Positions 63,684 through 64,000 of a stretch of 64,000 bases of DNA are shown here, in pieces. Positions within the stretch are counted from its first letter, which is position 1; each line of letters opens with the position of its first letter. The DNA is taken from positions 19,096,001 to 19,160,000 of the forward strand of contig NC_045702.1 in the NCBI RefSeq assembly GCF_009834535.1, given 5' to 3'. The position numbers and the translations under genes were made by a program. The notes below the pieces were generated by a model. It made no database searches. It was not told the DNA's origin and saw only the letters and a list, made by a program, of their open reading frames with translations. Origin of the DNA: Camelus ferus (taxonomy: Eukaryota).

Positions 63684-64000
63684 CTGGATTGTTGCAGTTG
63701 ACCTCAACAGTGATGGGAGATTCCGAGGGGCGCAGGTACTGGCTGCTGTACATATCTTCCATTTCTGGGACTAACAGAGAGAGGTCACTTCCCGAGTGGG
63801 CCAGCCCGGTGGCCAGGGAGAGCATGGCACCCCTGCAGCAGTCGTTGATGACCGGGTTCTCTCGGGTGGCCACGGGGAGCCGATAGCGGCTCAGCAGCTT
63901 CCTCAGGAGCCGGTGCACCGACATGTAGGCGGGGACCTCCTCGGCCGGGATCTGCAGGAAGGCTGCGCCGTCCGGGCCCAGCTTTGCCAGCCAGCCCTTT
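63684..64000 (-). CDS. TCAF1: TCAF1 exon 3, 3' part (runs off the window end)
   Basis: Reads [105 protein letters not shown], matching human TCAF1 as I recall it; donor CCAG|gtgtgg at 63683. Confidence 0.95.

Overview
Mammalian genomic DNA, probably camelid, judged from a tylopod-type tRNA-derived SINE and a camelid-like L1 3' end. The window holds a minus-strand tandem cluster of TCAF (FAM115, TRPM8 channel-associated factor) genes, which carry an M60-like/PF13402 peptidase domain. It contains three members. (1) The 3' half of TCAF1: partial exon 3 to a 10-nt terminal coding segment, 64000-55770. (2) A complete TCAF2 with a CpG-island promoter at about 43.0-43.75 kb and seven coding exons (41683-18713) that join in phase to 2784 nt / 927 aa. 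(3) A third, dead paralog at 12109-7427 that keeps only exons 2, 7 and 8, at the position where I recall mouse Tcaf3 lies. Main signals: a ~500-bp ~99%-identical gene-conversion-like tract between TCAF2 and the pseudogene; a TCAF2 C-terminus apparently read from an antisense MIR; an intact HEXXH motif in TCAF2 versus HEXXR in TCAF1; a palindromic minisatellite with higher-order structure downstream of TCAF1; and a cluster of homeodomain/EBF motifs at about 1 kb resembling an olfactory-receptor enhancer. The rest is mostly interspersed repeats plus three N gaps. Repeat family names are assigned from memory of consensus sequences and their boundaries are approximate. No prokaryote-type system (CRISPR, operon) is present.
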